A stretch of DNA of 64,000 nt from Eledone cirrhosa. Lineage: Eukaryota. Positions 59,901 to 64,000 of this stretch are shown here, in pieces. Numbering within the stretch: the first letter of the stretch is position 1; every line of letters starts with the position of its first letter. The position numbers and the translations under genes are program-made. The notes beneath the pieces are model-generated. The model saw only the letters and a list, made by a program, of their open reading frames with translations. It was not told the origin of the DNA and ran no database searches. The stretch is from NCBI GenBank assembly GCA_964016885.1, contig OZ024755.1:39494001-39558000 (forward strand), in the 5' to 3' direction.

Positions 59901-62900
59901 ACAGATACAATACGACTGTAACAACTGACATACTGTAAAATATCAACATAGATACAATACGACTGTAACAACTGACATGATGTAAAATATCAACGCAGAT
60001 ACAATACGACTGTAACAACTGACATACTGTAAAATATCAACACAGATACAATACGACTGTAACAACTGACATAATGTAGAATATCAACATAGATACAATA
60101 CGACTGTAACAACTGACATAATGTAGAATATCAACATAGATACAATACGACTGTAACAACTGACATAATGTAAAATATCAACACAGATACAATACGACTG
60201 TAACAGCTGACATAATGTAAAATATCAACATAGATACAATACGACTGTAATAACTGACATACTGTAAAATATCAACATAGATACAATACGACTCTAACAA
60301 CTGACATACTGTAAAATATCAACACAGATACAATACGACTGTAACAACTGACATACTGTAAAATATCAACATAGATACAATACGACTGTAACAACTGACA
60401 TAATGTAAAATATCAACACAGATACAATACGACTGTAACAACTGACATAATGTAAAATATCAACATAGATACAATACGACTGTAACAACTGACATAATGT
60501 AGAATATCAACATAGATACAATACGACTGTAACAACTGACATAATGTAGAATATCAACATAGATACAATACGACTGTAACAACTGACATAATGTAGAATA
60601 TCAACATAGATACAATACGACTGTAACAACTGACATACTGTAAAATATCAACATAGATACAATACGACTGTAACAACTGACATAATGTAGAATATCAACA
60701 CAGATACAATACGACTGTAACAACTGACATAATGTAGAATATCAACACAGATACGATACGACTGTAACAACTGACATACTGTAAAATATCAACATAGATT
60801 ACAATACGACTGTAACAACTGACATAATGTAGAATATCAACACAGATACAATACGACTGTAACAACTGACATAATGTAAAATATCAACACAGATACAATA
60901 CGACTGTAACAACTGACATACTGTAAAATATCAACACAGATACAATACGACTGTAACAACTGACATACTGTAAAATATCAATATAGATACAATACGACTG
61001 TAACAACTGACATACTGTAAAATAGCAACACAGATACAATACGACTGTAACAACTGACATACTGTAAAATATCAACCTAGATACAATACGACTCTAACAA
61101 CTGACATACTGTAAAATATCAACACAGATACAATACGACTGTAACAACTGACATAATGTAAAATATCAACATAGATACAATACGACTGTAACAACTGACA
61201 TACTGTAAAATATCAACACAGATACAATACGACTGTAACAACTGACATAATGTAAAATATCAACATAGATACAATACGACTGTAACAACTGACATACTGT
61301 AAAATATCAACACAGATACAATACGACTGTAACAACTGAGATAATGTAAAATATCAACACAGATACAATACGAATGTAACAACTGACATACCGTAAAATA
61401 TCAACACAGATACAATACGACTGTAACAACTGACATACTGTAGAATATCAACACAGATACAATACGACTGTAACAACTGACATAATGTAAAATATCAACA
61501 CAGATACAATACGACTGTAACAACTGACATACTGTAAAATATCAACACAGATACAATACGACTGTAACAACTGACATAATGTAAAATATCAACACAGATA
61601 CAATACGACTGTAACAGCTGACATAATGTAAAATATCAACATAGATACAATACGACTGTAACAACTGACATAATGTAAAATATCAACACAGATACAATAC
61701 GACTGTAACAGCTGACATAATGTAAAATATCAACATAGATACAATACGACTGTAACAACTGACATACTGTAAAATATCAACATAGATACAATACGACTGT
61801 AACAACTGACATACTGTAAAATATCAACACAGATACAATACGACTGTAACAACTGACATACTGTAAAATATCAACACAGATACAATACGACTGTAACAAC
61901 TGACATACTGTAAAATATCAACATAGATACAATACGACTGTAACAACTGACATGATGTAAAATATCAACACAGATACAATACGACTGTAACAACTGACAT
62001 ACTGTAAAATATCAACACAGATACAATACGACTGCAACAACTGACATAATGTAGAATATCAACATAGATAAAATACGACTGTAACAACTGACATACTGTA
62101 AAATATCAACATAGATACAATACGACTGTAACAACTGACATAATGTAGAATATCAACACAGATACAATACGACTGTAACAACTGACATAATGTAGAATAT
62201 CAACACAGATACAATACGACTGTAACAACTGACATACTGTAAAATATCAACATAGATACAATACGACTGTAACAACTGACATAATGTAAAATATCAACAT
62301 AGATTACAATACGACTGTAACAACTGACATAATGTAGAATATCAACACAGATACAATACGACTGTAACAACTGACATAATGTAAAATATCAACACAGATA
62401 CAATACGACTGTAACAACTGACATACTGTAAAATATCAACACAGATACAATACGACTGTAACAACTGACATACTGTAAAATATCAACATAGATACAATAC
62501 GACTGTAACAACTGACATACTGTAAAATAGCAACACAGATACAATACGACTGTAACAACTGACATACTGTAAAATATCAACATAGATACAATACGACTCT
62601 AACAACTGACATACTGTAAAATATCAACACAGATACAATACGACTGTAACAACTGACATAATGTAAAATATCAACATAGATACAATACGACTGTAACAAC
62701 TGACATACTGTAAATATCAACACAGATACAATACGACTGTAACAACTGACATAATGTAAAATATCAACACAGATACAATACGACTGTAACAACTGACATA
62801 ATGTAAAATATCAACATAGATACAATACGACTGTAACAACTGACATAATGTAGAATATCAACACAGATACAATACGACTGTAACAACTGACATAATGTAG

Positions 62901-64000
62901 AATATCAACACAGATACAATATGACTGTAACAACAGTCATAATGTAGAATATCAACACAGATACAATACGACTCTAACAATGACATTCTGTAAAATATCA
63001 ACATAGATACAATACGACTGTAACAACTGACATAATGTAAAATATCAACATAGATACAATACGACTCTAACAACTGACATACTGTAAAATATCAACACAG
63101 ATACTTCATGACTGTAACAACTGACATAATGTAAAATATCAACATAGATACAATACGACTGTAACAACTGACATAATGTAGAATATCAACACAGATACTT
63201 CATGACTGTAACAACTGACATACTGTAAAATATCAACACAGATACAATACGACTGTAACAACTGACATAATGTAGAATATCAACATAGATACAATACGAC
63301 TGTAACAACTGACATAATGTAAAATATCAACACAGATACTTCATGACTGTAACAACTGACATGATGTAAAATATCAACATAGATACAATACGACTGTAAC
63401 AACTGACATACTGTAAAATATCAACACAGATACAATACGACTGTAACAACTGACATACTGTAAAATATCAACACAGATACAATACGACTGTAACAACTGA
63501 CATAATGTAAAATATCAACACAGATACTTCATGACTGTAATAACTGACATAATGTAAAATATCAACATAGATACAATACGACTGTAACAACTGACATACT
63601 GTAAAATATCAACACAGATACAATACGACTGTAACAACTGACATACTGTAAAATATCAACACAGATACAATACGACTGTAACAACTGACATAATGTAGAA
63701 TATCAACATAGATACAATACGACTCTAACAATGACATACTGTAAAATATCAACATAGATACAATACGACTGTAACAACTGACATACTGTAAAATATCAAC
63801 ATAGATACAATACGACTGTAACAACTGACATAATGTAGAATATCAACATAGATACAATACGACTGTAACAACTGACATAATGTAAAATATCAACATAGAT
63901 ACAATACGACTGTAACAACTGACATACTGTAAAATAGCAACATAGATACAATACGACTCTAACAATGACATACTGTAAAATATCAACATAGATACAATAC
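41985..64000. repeat. 47-bp satellite array, over 22 kb (~468 units, runs off the window)
   Basis: Unit aaatatcaacaYagatacaatacgactgtaacaactgacataMtgta. Multi-kb internal duplications are marked by rare variants. Confidence 0.98.

Overview
Gene-free, AT-rich animal genomic DNA. The SINE sequences and microsatellite load suggest a cephalopod such as Octopus, which is an inference. Positions 1-35 kb are a (TA)n/(CA)n microsatellite matrix densely colonised by retroelements. These include two large 5'-truncated Naiad-type Penelope-like elements (RT + C-terminal GIY-YIG) with inverted 5' pseudo-LTRs, one Neptune-type PLE, and many short fold-back PLE remnants. More than a dozen minimal type I hammerhead ribozyme motifs are readable by eye. 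There are also an R4/Dong-like REL non-LTR fragment, RTE fragments, a tandem non-autonomous RTE-derived bipartite element, and tRNA-derived SINEs. Positions 35-64 kb are tandem repeats: a G-rich 16-mer, a hairpin 22-mer with a 1518-bp higher-order repeat, and a 47-mer satellite over 22 kb. The most striking unexplained signal is a bulged hairpin, RCTC-stem-loop-stem-TN-GAGYRCT, with compensatory changes. It sits about 40-75 nt from the 3' (TA)n junction in at least seven otherwise unrelated ribozyme/PLE families and is a candidate shared cis-signal for mobilisation. Nearly all ORFs in the supplied track are microsatellite or satellite artefacts. All folds were done by eye.
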